From Armatimonadota bacterium (GTDB lineage Bacteria; Armatimonadota; SYMT01): a stretch of DNA of 64,000 nt. Of the stretch, positions 19,531 to 30,664 are shown piece after piece. A program made the translations under genes and the position numbers. The stretch lies in contig JAWLHY010000002.1 in NCBI GenBank assembly GCA_041690135.1, forward strand, positions 560,342 through 624,341. The letters are read 5' to 3'. Within the stretch, counting starts at the first letter, position 1; each line of letters starts with the position of its first letter. The notes below the pieces were generated by a model. The model was not told the DNA's origin. It did not search any database and was given only the letters and a program-made list of their open reading frames with translations.

Positions 19531-22500
19531 TTACCGGTAGAGCCACACGCGCAGCAGGGAAAGCAGCTGGTCGGTGTCGACCGGCTTGGCGATGTAGTCC
19601 GAGGCCCCGGCCTCCACGCACTTCTCCCGGTCGCCCTTCATTGCCTTGGCGGTCAGGGCGATAATCGGGACGTCGCCGACTTCGCTGTTCTCGCGAATCC
19701 GCCGCATGGTTTCGTAGCCGTCCATCTCCGGCATCATCACGTCCATCAGCACCACGTCCACATCGGGCGTACTGGCCATTAACTCGAGCGCGTCCTTGCC
19801 GTTCTCCGCGTAAAGCACCTCCATGTGGTGCCGCTCCAGCAGGCTGGTCAGGGCGAAGATGTTCCGGATGTCGTCGTCCACGATGAGGACCTTCTTACCC
19901 ACCAGCACGGGGTCGGTCTGCCGCATTTGCTCCAGGATCTGGCGCTTGGATGGCGGCAGGTTGGCTTGCACCCGGTGGAGGAAGAGCGTCGTCTCGTCCA
20001 GGAGCCGTTCCAGCGACTGTACGTTCTTCACGATGATGGTATCCGCCAGTCGCTTGAGCTCCGTCTCCTGCTTCCGCGTCAACTCGCGCCCGGTGTAGAC
20101 GATGATCGGGAGCTGCGCGAGGCCTATCTCCTTGCGGATGCGCTCGATCAGCTTCGTTCCGGTCATGTCCGGCAGCCCGAGGTCGAGGACCATGCAGTCG
20201 AACTGCTCTTCCTTCAGCGCCTCGATCGCTTCGGCGCCGGAGCCGACCGCGCGGGTGGTCACGTCCCCGTTGCCGATCAGCTCCACGATCGCGTTCCGCT
20301 GCGTCTCGTCATCTTCCACCACCAGGAGGCGCTTCTGTTTCCGGTCCACGAACCCCTTGATGGCCGTGAGGGCGTCGTCGAGCGCCTCCTTCGTCACGGG
20401 TTTGTGGAGGTAGGCGAGGGCTCCTTGCTGCAGGCCTCGCTGGCGCTCCTCCGTCGCGGAGATGATGTGGACGGGGATGTGGCGGGTATCCGGATCGTGC
20501 TTCAGCCGATCCAGCAGAGCCCAGCCGTCCATGTCCGGCAGCCCAAGATCGAGCGTGATGGCGTTGGGCCGGTACTGGCGCGCCAGGTTCGGGACCGGTT
20601 CCCCCTGGGCCGAGATGATCCCCTTGAACCCGCGCTCGCGAGCCCGGTCGAGCAAGATCCGCGCGAACGTCGGGTCATCCTCCACGATCAGGAGCACCTG
20701 GTCGTCCGGGCTCAGATCGCTGCGGTCATCGCTCACGTCGGCCGGCAACTTCAGTTCCTCATCCGCCGTGGCGACTGCCGTGGCCGCCCCGCCGCTGCCA
20801 GGGTGGGCGCGCTCCGTCTCCGTTGCCGGCGCCGTTGCGGTTGCCGTGGCGACGGAGACCCGTTCTCCGGGACCGTTCTCCCGGGGTGTGGGGCGGTAGG
20901 CCGGGCCGCGCGCCGGCCGTGCCGGCGCGGCCGGCACGAACGCATGCGGAAGGTAGAGCGTGAAGGTGCTCCCTTCCCCCGGCACGCTGTGCACGCGGAT
21001 TTCTCCGCCCAGCAGCCCGGCGATCTCCCGGCTGATGGATAGGCCCAATCCCGTCCCGCCGTACTTCCGGCTGGTGGTGCCGTCCGCCTGCTGGAACGCC
21101 TCGAAGATCATCTTCTGCCGGTTCGGAGGGATACCGATCCCGGTGTCGAGGACGGAGAAGGCGATCACGCTCTCCGCCTGGTTGAGCGGCTTGTTGTCCC
21201 GGCTCCAGCCGCCCCGGGCTACGCTGACGTTCAAGACGACCTCTCCGCTCTCGGTGAACTTGATGGCGTTGGACAGGAGGTTTCGCAGGACCTGCTGCAG
21301 CCGCTGGGAGTCGGTGTGGATCGCTCCCGGCAGGTCGTTCGCCAGTTCGACGCGGAAGTCGAGCCCCTTGTCCTGCGCCACCTCGCGGAAGTTTCGCTCC
21401 ACGTAGTGCCGCAGCGTATCGAACGGCACATCGGTGACCTGCACCTCCATCGTGCCCGATTCGATCTTCGCCAGATCCAGGATTTCGTTGATCAAGGCGA
21501 GCAGGTCGTTGCCGGCCTGGTGGATCGTGCTGGCATACTCGATCTGCTTGGACGAAAGCGTCTGTTCCCGGTTCTCGGACAGCAGCCGGGAAAGGATCAA
21601 CATGCTGTTGAGCGGCGTCCGCAGTTCGTGCGACATGTTCGCCAGGAACTCGGACTTGTAGCGGGAGGTCAGGGCCAGTTGTTCGGCCTTTTCCTCCAGT
21701 TCCTGCCGTGCCAGTTCGATCTGCCGATTCTTGCGCTCGACCTCGCGGTTCTGCTCGGAGAGGAGTTGCGCCTTCTCTTCCAGTTCCTCGTTGGTCTGCT
21801 GTAGTTCTTCCTGCTGCTGCCGCAGGAGCTCCTCGGAGGCCTGGAGGGAGCGGGCCTGCTGCTCCAGCCGGCTGTTGGTCTCCTGCAGTTCCTGCTGGCG
21901 CTGCTGGAGTTCCGTAGTGAGCGACTGAGATTGCTTGAGCAGTTCCTCCGTCCGCATGTTCGCCTGGAGTGTGTTCAACACGATCCCGAGGCTGTCGGTG
22001 AGTTGTTCGAGGAAGGTGAGGTGGATGTCGCTGAACCGGCCGAAAGAGGCCAGCTCCACCACGGCCAGTACCTCGCCTTCAAAGAGGACGGGCAGCACCA
22101 CGATGTTGCGCGGGGAAGCCTCACCCAGTCCCGAGCTGATCTTAATGTAGTCCTGCGGCACGTCGGTCAGCAGGATGCGCTGGCGCTCCAGCATGCACTG
22201 TCCCACCAGGCCCTCGCCCGGCTTGAAGCGGTTGTTGAGGCTCTTGCGCTCCTGGTAGCCGTAGCTCGCCAGCAGTCGGAGGACCGTCTCACCGTCGCTG
22301 GCGTCGTTAATGTAGAACGCGCCGGCCTGTTCGGAGACCAGCGGGGCCAACTCCGAGAGGATGAGACGCGCCACCGTCAGGAGATCGCGCTGGCCCTGGA
22401 GCAACCGGGTGAAGCGGGCCACGTTGGTCTTGAGCCAGTCCTGCTCGGTGTTGATCCGCGTGGTGTCCCGCAGGTTGCCGATCATCTCGTTGATGTTGTC

Positions 22501-25500
22501 TTTGAGGGCGGCAACCTCGCCCGCGGCTTCCACCGTAATCGACCGGGAGAGGTCGCCCGTGGTCACCGCGGTGGCCACTTCGGCGATGGCGCGGATCTGG
22601 GTGGTGAGGGTGGCCGCCAGCCGGTTCACGTTGTCCGTCAGGTCGCGCCACGTTCCGGCCGCGCCCGGCACGTTTGCCTGGCCGCCCAACTTCCCTTCGT
22701 TACCCACTTCGCGGGCCACGGTGGTCACCTGGTCGGCGAAGGTGGCCAGCGTGTCGATCATCGCGTTGATCGTCTCGGCCAGTTCGGCGATCTCGCCCTT
22801 CGCTTCCAGGACCAGTTTCTGACGGAGGTTTCCGTTGGCGACCCCCGTCACGACCCGGGCGATGTTTCGCACCTGGTCGGTGAGGTTACTCGCCATGGAG
22901 TTCACGCTGTCGGTCAGATCCTTCCAGGTCCCGGAGACCCCCTTCACCTCGGCCTGGCCGCCCAGCTTCCCTTCCGTGCCCACTTCGCGGGCGACGCGGG
23001 TCACTTCGGATGCGAAGCCGTTGAGCTGATCGACCATCGTGTTGATGGTGTTCTTCAGTTCCAGGATCTCGCCGCGCGCCTCGACCGTGATCTTCTTGGT
23101 CAGGTCGCCGTTCGCCACCGCGGTGGTTACCCCGGCGATGTTGCGCACCTGACCGGTGAGGTTGGAGGCCATGAAGTTCACGTTGTCGGTGAGGTCCTTC
23201 CAGGTTCCCGCCACCCCGGAGACGTAGGCCTGCGCTCCCAGCTTTCCTTCCGTGCCCACCTCGCGGGCCACGCGGGTCACTTCCGTCGCGAAGGCGTTGA
23301 GCTGATCGACCATCGTGTTGATGGTGTTCTTCAGCTCGAGGATTTCTCCCCGCACGTCCACCGTGATCTTTTTCGACAGGTCACCATAGGCCACGGCCGT
23401 GGTCACGTCGGCGATGTTGCGGACCTGGGCAGTTAGATTGGAGGCCATCAGGTTCACGCTGTCGGTCAGGTCTTTCCAGGTCCCCGAGACCCCCTTGACC
23501 TGGGCCTGGCCCCCCAGTTTCCCTTCGGTACCCACTTCCCGCGCCACGCGGGTGACTTCGGAAGCGAAGCCATTGAGCTGATCGACCATCGTGTTGATGG
23601 TGTTTTTCAGTTCCAGGATCTCGCCGCGGACGTCTACCGTGATCTTCTTGGAGAGGTCGCCGTTCGCCACCGCGGTGGTGACTTCGGCGATGTTGCGCAC
23701 CTGCCCCGTCAGGTTCGAGGCCATCGAGTTCACACTATCGGTGAGGTCCTTCCAGGTCCCGGAGACCCCCCGGACCTCCGCCTGACCGCCCAACTTCCCT
23801 TCGGTACCTACTTCCCGCGCCACGCGGGTGACTTCCGAGGCAAAGGCGTTGAGCTGATCGACCATCGTGTTGATGGTGTTCTTCAGTTCCAGGATCTCGC
23901 CGCGGACGTCTACCGTGATCTTCTTCGACAGGTCCCCGTTCGCCACGGCGGTGGTCACCTCGGCAATGTTCCGCACCTGGCCTGTCAGGTTGGAGGCCAT
24001 GGAGTTCACGCTGTCGGTGAGGTCTTTCCAGGTGCCGGCCACTCCCTTCACCTGGGCCTGGCCCCCGAGCTTTCCTTCCGTGCCCACTTCCCGCGCCACG
24101 CGGGTCACTTCGGAAGCGAAGGCGTTGAGCTGATCGACCATCGTGTTGATGGTGTTCTTCAGTTCGAGAATCTCTCCCCGCGCGTCGGCGGTGATCTTCT
24201 TGGAAAGGTCGCCGTTCGCCACCGCGGTGGTGACCTCCGCAATATTTCGCACCTGGCCCGTCAGGTTACTCGCCATGGAGTTCACGTTGTCGGTCAGGTC
24301 CTTCCAGGTGCCGGCGACCCCCTTCACCTCCGCTTGTCCACCCAGGATCCCTTCGGTGCCCACTTCACGGGCGACGCGGGTCACTTCGGAAGCGAAGCCG
24401 TTGAGCTGATCGACCATCGTGTTGATGGTGTTCTTCAGCTCCATGATCTCGCCGCGGGCGTCGGCGGTGATCTTCTTGGAGAGGTCCCCCGTGGCGACGG
24501 CGGTGGTGACTTCCGCGATGTTGCGCACCTGGTCGGTCAGGTTGCGGGCCATGAAGTTCACGCTGTCGGTCAGGTCTTTCCAGGTCCCGGAGACCCCCTT
24601 CACCTCGGCTTGCCCGCCCAGGATCCCCTCCGTGCCCACTTCGCGGGCGACGCGGGTGACTTCCGAGGCGAAGGCGTTGAGCTGATCGACCATCGTGTTG
24701 ATGGTGTTCTTCAGTTCCAGGATCTCCCCGCGGGCATCGGCGGTGATCTTCTTGGAGAGGTCGCCGGTTGCGACGGCGGTGGTCACTTCCGCGATGTTGC
24801 GGACCTGGCCCGTCAGGTTACTCGCCATGGAGTTCACGTTGTCGGTGAGGTCCTTCCAGGTGCCGGCGACCCCCTTCACCTCCGCTTGTCCACCGAGGAT
24901 CCCTTCGGTGCCCACTTCACGGGCCACGCGGGTCACTTCGGAAGCGAAGCCGTTGAGCTGATCGACCATCGTGTTGATGGTGTTCTTCAGCTCAAGGATT
25001 TCCCCGCGGGCGTCGGCCGTGATCTTCTTGGAGAGGTCCCCCGTGGCAATGGCGGTAGCCACCTCGGCAATGTTTCGTACCTGGCCCGTCAGGTTACTCG
25101 CCATGGAGTTCACGTTGTCGGTGAGGTCCTTCCAGGTGCCGGCGACCCCCTTCACCTCCGCTTGTCCACCGAGGATTCCTTCGGTGCCTACTTCGCGGGC
25201 CACGCGGGTCACTTCGGAAGCGAAGCCGTTGAGCTGATCGACCATCGTGTTGATGGTGTTCTTCAGTTCCAGGATCTCTCCGCGCACATCCACCGTGATC
25301 TTCTTGGAGAGGTCGCCGGTCGCGACGGCGGTGGTGACTTCGGCGATGTTGCGCACCTGGTCGGTCAGGTTGCGGGCCATGAAGTTCACGCTGTCGGTCA
25401 GGTCCTTCCAGGTGCCGGAAACCCCCTTCACCTCCGCCTGTCCGCCGAGGATCCCTTCGGTGCCTACTTCGCGGGCCACGCGGGTCACTTCGGAAGCGAA

Positions 25501-26235
25501 GCCATTGAGCTGATCGACCATCGTGTTGATGGTGTCCTTCAGGTCGAGGATCTCGCCGCGCACGTCGACCGTGATTTTCTTGGAGAGATCTCCGTTTGCT
25601 ACCGCAGTCGTTACCTCCGCGATGTTACGGACCTGCGCGGTGAGGTTGGAGGCCATCAGGTTCACGCTGTCGGTCAGGTCCTTCCAGGTTCCCGAGACCC
25701 CCTTCACCTGGGCCTGCCCCCCGAGCTTTCCTTCGGTGCCTACTTCCCGTGCCACGCGGGTCACTTCGGATGCGAAGGCGCCCAACTGATCGACCATCGT
25801 GTTCACCGTCTTGGCCGTCCGCAGGAACTCACCGGTGAGCGGGCGTCCGTCGATGTCCAGCGACATCGTTTGGGAGAGATCGCCTTTAGCCACCGCGCCG
25901 ATGACTCGGGCCACTTCCGTGGTGGGCTGCACCAGGTCGACGACGAGATCATTGACGGCTTCAACGCAATCTGCCCACTTGCCGGTCGCGTTGGCGAGGT
26001 GCGCGCGCTGCGAGGTCTTTCCCTGCTTGCCTACCACCTTGCTGATGCGGGCCAACTCGGCTGCCAGCCGCTCGTTCTTATCGATGACCTCGTTCAGGGC
26101 ATCGTAAATCTTGCCTGCGATGCCGGTCGCGTCGACCGGCATTCGTGCGGAGAAGTCACCCTTGTTGACCGCCAGCAGGACGCTGAGGAGCTGTTTCTCA
26201 TCCAGAACTTGAGTTTCGGCTGGTACTGTAGCCAT
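19531..26235 (-). CDS. Cytoplasmic poly-HAMP hybrid histidine kinase (Nik1/OS-1/OsaA-like): HAMP array-GAF-Q/E coiled coil-HisKA-HATPase-3xREC
   Basis: 12 conserved 92-aa repeats ([13 protein letters not shown]...WKDLTD) plus a degenerate N-terminal one; [17 protein letters not shown]; GGTGLGL; three REC domains; no TM helix. Confidence 0.95.
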   Translation of the reverse strand: MATVPAETQVLDEKQLLSVLLAVNKGDFSARMPVDATGIAGKIYDALNEVIDKNERLAAELARISKVVGKQGKTSQRAHLANATGKWADCVEAVNDLVVDLVQPTTEVARVIGAVAKGDLSQTMSLDIDGRPLTGEFLRTAKTVNTMVDQLGAFASEVTRVAREVGTEGKLGGQAQVKGVSGTWKDLTDSVNLMASNLTAQVRNIAEVTTAVANGDLSKKITVDVRGEILDLKDTINTMVDQLNGFASEVTRVAREVGTEGILGGQAEVKGVSGTWKDLTDSVNFMARNLTDQVRNIAEVTTAVATGDLSKKITVDVRGEILELKNTINTMVDQLNGFASEVTRVAREVGTEGILGGQAEVKGVAGTWKDLTDNVNSMASNLTGQVRNIAEVATAIATGDLSKKITADARGEILELKNTINTMVDQLNGFASEVTRVAREVGTEGILGGQAEVKGVAGTWKDLTDNVNSMASNLTGQVRNIAEVTTAVATGDLSKKITADARGEILELKNTINTMVDQLNAFASEVTRVAREVGTEGILGGQAEVKGVSGTWKDLTDSVNFMARNLTDQVRNIAEVTTAVATGDLSKKITADARGEIMELKNTINTMVDQLNGFASEVTRVAREVGTEGILGGQAEVKGVAGTWKDLTDNVNSMASNLTGQVRNIAEVTTAVANGDLSKKITADARGEILELKNTINTMVDQLNAFASEVTRVAREVGTEGKLGGQAQVKGVAGTWKDLTDSVNSMASNLTGQVRNIAEVTTAVANGDLSKKITVDVRGEILELKNTINTMVDQLNAFASEVTRVAREVGTEGKLGGQAEVRGVSGTWKDLTDSVNSMASNLTGQVRNIAEVTTAVANGDLSKKITVDVRGEILELKNTINTMVDQLNGFASEVTRVAREVGTEGKLGGQAQVKGVSGTWKDLTDSVNLMASNLTAQVRNIADVTTAVAYGDLSKKITVDVRGEILELKNTINTMVDQLNAFATEVTRVAREVGTEGKLGAQAYVSGVAGTWKDLTDNVNFMASNLTGQVRNIAGVTTAVANGDLTKKITVEARGEILELKNTINTMVDQLNGFASEVTRVAREVGTEGKLGGQAEVKGVSGTWKDLTDSVNSMASNLTDQVRNIARVVTGVANGNLRQKLVLEAKGEIAELAETINAMIDTLATFADQVTTVAREVGNEGKLGGQANVPGAAGTWRDLTDNVNRLAATLTTQIRAIAEVATAVTTGDLSRSITVEAAGEVAALKDNINEMIGNLRDTTRINTEQDWLKTNVARFTRLLQGQRDLLTVARLILSELAPLVSEQAGAFYINDASDGETVLRLLASYGYQERKSLNNRFKPGEGLVGQCMLERQRILLTDVPQDYIKISSGLGEASPRNIVVLPVLFEGEVLAVVELASFGRFSDIHLTFLEQLTDSLGIVLNTLQANMRTEELLKQSQSLTTELQQRQQELQETNSRLEQQARSLQASEELLRQQQEELQQTNEELEEKAQLLSEQNREVERKNRQIELARQELEEKAEQLALTSRYKSEFLANMSHELRTPLNSMLILSRLLSENREQTLSSKQIEYASTIHQAGNDLLALINEILDLAKIESGTMEVQVTDVPFDTLRHYVERNFREVAQDKGLDFRVELANDLPGAIHTDSQRLQQVLRNLLSNAIKFTESGEVVLNVSVARGGWSRDNKPLNQAESVIAFSVLDTGIGIPPNRQKMIFEAFQQADGTTSRKYGGTGLGLSISREIAGLLGGEIRVHSVPGEGSTFTLYLPHAFVPAAPARPARGPAYRPTPRENGPGERVSVATATATAPATETERAHPGSGGAATAVATADEELKLPADVSDDRSDLSPDDQVLLIVEDDPTFARILLDRARERGFKGIISAQGEPVPNLARQYRPNAITLDLGLPDMDGWALLDRLKHDPDTRHIPVHIISATEERQRGLQQGALAYLHKPVTKEALDDALTAIKGFVDRKQKRLLVVEDDETQRNAIVELIGNGDVTTRAVGSGAEAIEALKEEQFDCMVLDLGLPDMTGTKLIERIRKEIGLAQLPIIVYTGRELTRKQETELKRLADTIIVKNVQSLERLLDETTLFLHRVQANLPPSKRQILEQMRQTDPVLVGKKVLIVDDDIRNIFALTSLLERHHMEVLYAENGKDALELMASTPDVDVVLMDVMMPEMDGYETMRRIRENSEVGDVPIIALTAKAMKGDREKCVEAGASDYIAKPVDTDQLLSLLRVWLYR
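22474..25785 (-). repeat. 12 x 276-bp intragenic tandem repeat (HAMP units)
   Basis: GCTGATCGACCATCGTGTTGATGG recurs at 276-bp spacing. Confidence 0.95.
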
Positions 26236-26605
26236 GGATTGCTTCCGAAAATGAGCAGGAACCGGTGAAGGGGAGAGGCCGGCTACCTGAGCGACAAGCC
26301 CCACTCCCGCCGGGTCGGGGAACCGGTGAAAGCAGGGGAAGAAGGGTCGCGGCGGTGGGAAGGGCAGGCGCCGCCGGCAAGGAAATACCATCCGCTTCCT
26401 CTCACCGGTACGGCGTTTCCGCGCGACCCCATCTCGGATGTGCGGCGGAAGCTCACGAAACGAGCGGCCTACCGGTGAGCGGTTGGGAAGCGGGGCAGCG
26501 TACTTGGAGAGGAACCGAACGGGTCCGACCGGCTGATCGTACCCACCGCGGCGGCATGCTCAAACATCGAAATTTGGGAAAAGTTCGAGCGCGCCGCTCG
26601 GGGGA

Positions 26606-27049
26606 TCAGATCCGGTCGTTGAAGAGGAGAGTCCCGACGGCCCCGGCGAGGAGAACCAGACCGAAGAGCAAGACAATGGCGAGAAACCAGCCCAGGCGCA
26701 GCAGGGGTCCCGGAGGCTCCGCAACGGGAGGGGCTTCTCGGGGGCGGTTGGCGCATTCCTCACAAACGAGCACATCCTTACCGCGACTGCGCTGGAGTTG
26801 CTCTTTAGGGAACAGGCCGCTGCAGCGGTAACAGCGAGTGGGCCGGTGCTGATGGCAGCAGGGCTCCCCTTCTTCCGTGAAGCTGCCGAAGGGATACTTC
26901 GAAGAACGAGGCACTCGTAAAGTGTTGGCTCCCAGTGGAGCCCCGCAGGCGGCGCATTGGAATGGGGGCCGGCAGTTGCACCGGGGGCAACTGTCGGCCT
27001 TTTGTGAAAGTTCGGCCCCGCACTGCCGGCAGTGGAGCGGAACGGACAT
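26606..27049 (-). CDS. Cys-rich multi-zinc-ribbon protein with a C-terminal TM anchor
   Basis: CRQC, CPRC, CAAC, CCHQH, CYRC, CEEC, then LGWFLAIVLLFGLVLLAGAVGTLLF. Confidence 0.75.
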   Translation of the reverse strand: MSVPLHCRQCGAELSQKADSCPRCNCRPPFQCAACGAPLGANTLRVPRSSKYPFGSFTEEGEPCCHQHRPTRCYRCSGLFPKEQLQRSRGKDVLVCEECANRPREAPPVAEPPGPLLRLGWFLAIVLLFGLVLLAGAVGTLLFNDRI

Positions 27050-27211
27050 ACAGTCTTCCGGGAGAGCGCGTCACTTCGGTCTTCACACGCGGACCGATTC
27101 TGATCTCATACGGATGATGGAGGAGCGTGGAATAGAGGGTCCGCCGTACGAGAGATCGCTTGCTCACCTAAGGAACTACTTGTCCGAAAATTGCGCTTTT
27201 CCCTCCGTAAC

Positions 27212-28273
27212 TCAGCTTTGGAGTTCCTTAACGTACGTTTCCAATTCCGCGGCCCGGTGTGCCGCGGAATGGGACTGCAACACCCTCTGGCGAGCGCGCT
27301 CTCCGAGGGCGAGACGCTCGGATTCCGGGAGGTCGCGGACCCGGGCCAGGCTTTCCTCGGGGCTGCGGGCTACCAGGATTTCCTTTTCCGGTTCGAAGAA
27401 GGTGTCGAGCCCTTCCCACCAGTCGCTGATGATCGGCGTGCCGCACGCCGCGGCCTCGAACAGGCGCACGCTGGGAGAATACCCGGCGCGGATCATGTCG
27501 GCGCGGGTGACGTTCAGGGTGAAACGTTGACGATTGTAGAAGGCCCGGTGCTCCCGTGGCGGGAGGTGTTCGATGCGCCGCACGTTCGCGGGCCAGCGCA
27601 CGGATGCGGGATACTGCGGCCCGGCCACGACGAAACGCCCGGCACTCCAGCGCCGGGCCGGCTCCAGCAGGAGATTCTCCAGGGGCGGTTGGCGGTCGTC
27701 GCTGTAAGTGCCCATGTACCCGAGGTCCCACTCTATTTCCCGCGGTTCGGGGAAGTAGAGCTCCGGGTCGAACGAGCAGTAAAGCGGGCGTGCCGCCGGC
27801 GAGCCGTAGCGGCTTTCGATCTGCTTCAGGATCGGGCCGCCCGAGAAGGAGAGGTAGAGTTGGTAGGCGGGGATCAGCTCGGGTGAGAGATACTCCAGAT
27901 CGCCCCGTTCGAGCTTCGCCAGGGTTACCGGCGTATCGATGTCGTAGAATGCGGAAACACCTTGCGCGGTACGCGTCACCCACTCGCCCACCCGCACTCC
28001 TTCGGGAACGTAGGAGCCCACGATCACGAGGTGCGAGGCCCGCACGGCCGCCTGGAAGCGGTCCTTCAACTCGTCGAGGTTAGCGTAGAGTTCGGTCCGG
28101 CCGAAGGGCGGACGGGGGAGGTCCCGGTTCTCGGCGTACCAGGGCACGTCGCGCTCGAGAAAAAGAACGTCATGGCCGCGGGCCACCAGTTCCCGGACAA
28201 GCCCCCGATACGTGGTGGCATGCCCGTTGCCCCAGGAAGAAGTGATGGAAAGACCGAGGATCGTGATGCGCAT
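27212..28273 (-). CDS. CgeB/YkvP-family glycosyltransferase
   Basis: SSWGNGHATTYRGL, YDIDTP, LNVTR...SPSVRLFEAAACG; true start at 28273 (the ORF-track N-terminus is the microsatellite). Confidence 0.88.
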   Translation of the reverse strand: MRITILGLSITSSWGNGHATTYRGLVRELVARGHDVLFLERDVPWYAENRDLPRPPFGRTELYANLDELKDRFQAAVRASHLVIVGSYVPEGVRVGEWVTRTAQGVSAFYDIDTPVTLAKLERGDLEYLSPELIPAYQLYLSFSGGPILKQIESRYGSPAARPLYCSFDPELYFPEPREIEWDLGYMGTYSDDRQPPLENLLLEPARRWSAGRFVVAGPQYPASVRWPANVRRIEHLPPREHRAFYNRQRFTLNVTRADMIRAGYSPSVRLFEAAACGTPIISDWWEGLDTFFEPEKEILVARSPEESLARVRDLPESERLALGERARQRVLQSHSAAHRAAELETYVKELQS

Positions 28274-28298
28274 CGGTTCGGGTGAGTGTGAGCGTCGA

Positions 28299-28410
28299 GG
28301 GTAAGAGTAAGAGTAAGAGTAGGGGTAAGAGTAAGAGTAGGAGTAAGAGTAGGAGTAAGAGTAAGAGTAAGAGTAAGAGTAGGAGTAAGAGTAGGAGTAG
28401 GAGTAGGAGT
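28299..28410. repeat. Intergenic hexamer microsatellite (GRGTAR)x18
   Basis: GAGTAA/GAGTAG/GGGTAA units from 28299 to 28406 plus GAGT. Confidence 0.95.
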
Positions 28411-28418
28411 GAGAAAGG

Positions 28419-29492
28419 CTAGAGCAGCAGTTGCTCGAGTTGCTCCGCGCGGTGGGCGTAGGTATGCTCCGCAAGCACGCGCCGGAGTGCCGCCTGGCCG
28501 ATCTCCCGGGCGCGTTCCGGCGTGAGCGAGCGCACGTGCTCGGCCACTTCGTTCCCATCGTGAGCTACCAGGACTTCGCGGTCGGGCTCCAGGAATTGCT
28601 CCACGCCCTTCCAGGCGTCCGTGATGAGGCATGCGCCGGCGCCGGCCGCTTCGAAGACGCGCGTGGCCGGGGAGAAGCCGTACTCCGCCATGCTCTCCCG
28701 GCTGATGTTGAGGACGGCCAGTGGCGTGCAGTTGAACGCGTTGTGGTCGCGGGTGTACACGTGCCCGCGGTAGCGCACGTTCTCCGGCATTGGCTTGTCG
28801 CCCCACCCGCTGCCGCCCAGCAGGAAGTGCCGTTCGGGCAACTCGGCCGCGGCCCGGAGGAAGAACTCCTCCACGCGTCGCTCCCGGTCCGGCAGGCGGT
28901 TTCCGAGAAAGCCGAGATCGGCGGCGAACTCCGGGTTCGGCGGTACGGGATGGTGCGTCTGCGGGTCCAGCGCATTATAGATCGGGATGCAGGCTCGCGC
29001 GCCCAGGGCCCTGTAAGCATCCGACACCGGATCGCCGCCGCCGTAGGTGAGTACGAGATCGTAGCGGGGGATCAGCGCGCGGAACGGATCGCCGGGGTTC
29101 TCGTGGACCCGCGCCAGGGTCGCGGGAGCATCGACATCCCAGAAGATCACCCGGGTGTTCGGTCCCTGGTGGCGCAGCACTTCTCGCTCCAGCAGTTCAT
29201 CGAACACGCCGACGCCGCTCGCCTTCACCACCAGGTCGCATCCGGCGGCCCGTTCGACCATGCGGATCGCTTCCCCCTCGTCCGTACCGGAGTAGACCAC
29301 CACCTCCGCCCACTCGGGATCGGGGATGTCCCGGTGCTGTTGCCGCTCATAAGCGTCCGGTTCGTAAAAGGTCACCCCATGCCCGCGCTCGTACAACGCC
29401 CGGACGATGCCCCGGTAGTAGGTGGCGGCGCCGTTCCAGTAGGCGGAGACCAGACTGGAGCCGAAGAAGGCGACTTTAAGACCGCGGCTCAT
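28419..29492 (-). CDS. CgeB/YkvP-family glycosyltransferase
   Basis: SAYWNGAATYYRG, WDVDAP, LGNRLPDRE, SPATRVFEAAG. Confidence 0.88.
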   Translation of the reverse strand: MSRGLKVAFFGSSLVSAYWNGAATYYRGIVRALYERGHGVTFYEPDAYERQQHRDIPDPEWAEVVVYSGTDEGEAIRMVERAAGCDLVVKASGVGVFDELLEREVLRHQGPNTRVIFWDVDAPATLARVHENPGDPFRALIPRYDLVLTYGGGDPVSDAYRALGARACIPIYNALDPQTHHPVPPNPEFAADLGFLGNRLPDRERRVEEFFLRAAAELPERHFLLGGSGWGDKPMPENVRYRGHVYTRDHNAFNCTPLAVLNISRESMAEYGFSPATRVFEAAGAGACLITDAWKGVEQFLEPDREVLVAHDGNEVAEHVRSLTPERAREIGQAALRRVLAEHTYAHRAEQLEQLLL

Positions 29493-30664
29493 ACGAGTAC
29501 CTCTTCCGAACGAGCCGGCTGCGATTGCGGCTCGTCACTTCTATCCTGGGGTGGAAACAACTCCCGGCGAAGCTCGGTAGCGATCGATAGCAACTCATCG
29601 ACCCGATGATGACAACTGTGTCGCGCGAGTACGGTTTGCCGGCCGTGTTCTGCCAGCACTCGACGCAGATCCGGGCTACTCATCAACACCCGCAGGTGGG
29701 CCGCCATTTCCGCCCCGTTGCGGGCGACGAGGAAGTCCTGGCCAGGATGGAATAATCCCTCGGCATCGCACCAGGGAGCGGAGACGAGCGGGATGCCGCA
29801 GGCCATGGCCTCGAACGGCCGGATCGTCGGGATCCCCGGCAAGGCCTCTACGTAGGGGCGCCGGGGTACGTGGACTGTCATGCGGTAGCGGGCGAAGACT
29901 TCCGGAACGCGGTAGTTCGGCAGCCACCCGCCGTACTCGATCCCAGCACGTTCCAGTGCCTTCAGAGCGTGTTCCGGGTAACGCACTCCATAGACCCGAG
30001 CTTTGAGCCCGAGGGCCCGCACCGGCTCGAGCAGGAATTCGTGGAGCTCCGCCGTGCGTTCCTCGTCGCCCCAATTGCCGACCCAGACCAGGTCCCCCTC
30101 GGGTTCGCGCTCCGGATGGGGGAGGGGAAGAGGTCGGAAGCGCCGCGTATTGGCGGCCTCGTGCCAGGTCCAGGCACGGCGCGCCCAGCCCCGTTCCAGG
30201 TAAAGCTCGCGGATCACCTCACCGAACGCCAGCACCCCGTCGTAGTGGGTGAGGTCGTAGGCCGCCATCGCTTCCGGCTCCGTGACGGAACGGTGGTGGG
30301 TGTCGTGGAACAGCAGCGCGTAGTTTCCCGTCCGCGCCCGGTGTTCTCCGATGCGAGCGACCAGTCCGTGGTCGTTCCACTCGTGGACCAGCACGAGGTC
30401 GGCCCCGTCCAGCACCGCTTCGAGGTCCAGGGTCCGTGACGAGTAACGGGTACTTCGCAGCCCGGGATAGGCGGCATAGAAGTCCCGGATGGCCGTGGGG
30501 CCGTGGTCGCGGAGCAGGTTCTGGACACTCCAGGCGTCTCGTGGCTCCAGGATCTCCACCGGGTGGCCCCGCTCCATCAGTTCCGAGGCAACCCCGCGCA
30601 GGAAGTGGGCGTTGCCGTGGTTCCAGTCCGACACCAGGGAGTGATAGAACATCACCACGCGCAC
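29489..30664 (-). CDS. CgeB/YkvP-family glycosyltransferase
   Basis: SDWNHGNAHFLRG, HDTHHR, GNWGDEER, PTIRPFEAMACG; GTG start with GAGGAGG RBS. Confidence 0.88.
   Translation of the reverse strand: MRVVMFYHSLVSDWNHGNAHFLRGVASELMERGHPVEILEPRDAWSVQNLLRDHGPTAIRDFYAAYPGLRSTRYSSRTLDLEAVLDGADLVLVHEWNDHGLVARIGEHRARTGNYALLFHDTHHRSVTEPEAMAAYDLTHYDGVLAFGEVIRELYLERGWARRAWTWHEAANTRRFRPLPLPHPEREPEGDLVWVGNWGDEERTAELHEFLLEPVRALGLKARVYGVRYPEHALKALERAGIEYGGWLPNYRVPEVFARYRMTVHVPRRPYVEALPGIPTIRPFEAMACGIPLVSAPWCDAEGLFHPGQDFLVARNGAEMAAHLRVLMSSPDLRRVLAEHGRQTVLARHSCHHRVDELLSIATELRRELFPPQDRSDEPQSQPARSEEVLV

Noticed and set aside
22474-25785. Regularly spaced repeats and periodic 88-aa plus-strand ORFs as a CRISPR array or repeat gene family
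   Set aside because: These are 276-bp in-frame coding HAMP units with no unique spacers and no cas genes; the plus-strand ORFs are antisense shadows
28274-28558. Poly-(Ser-Tyr) N-terminal extension of the CgeB GT in the ORF track
   Set aside because: It is a translation of the intergenic microsatellite and overlaps the upstream gene; the family-like start is MRITILG at 28273
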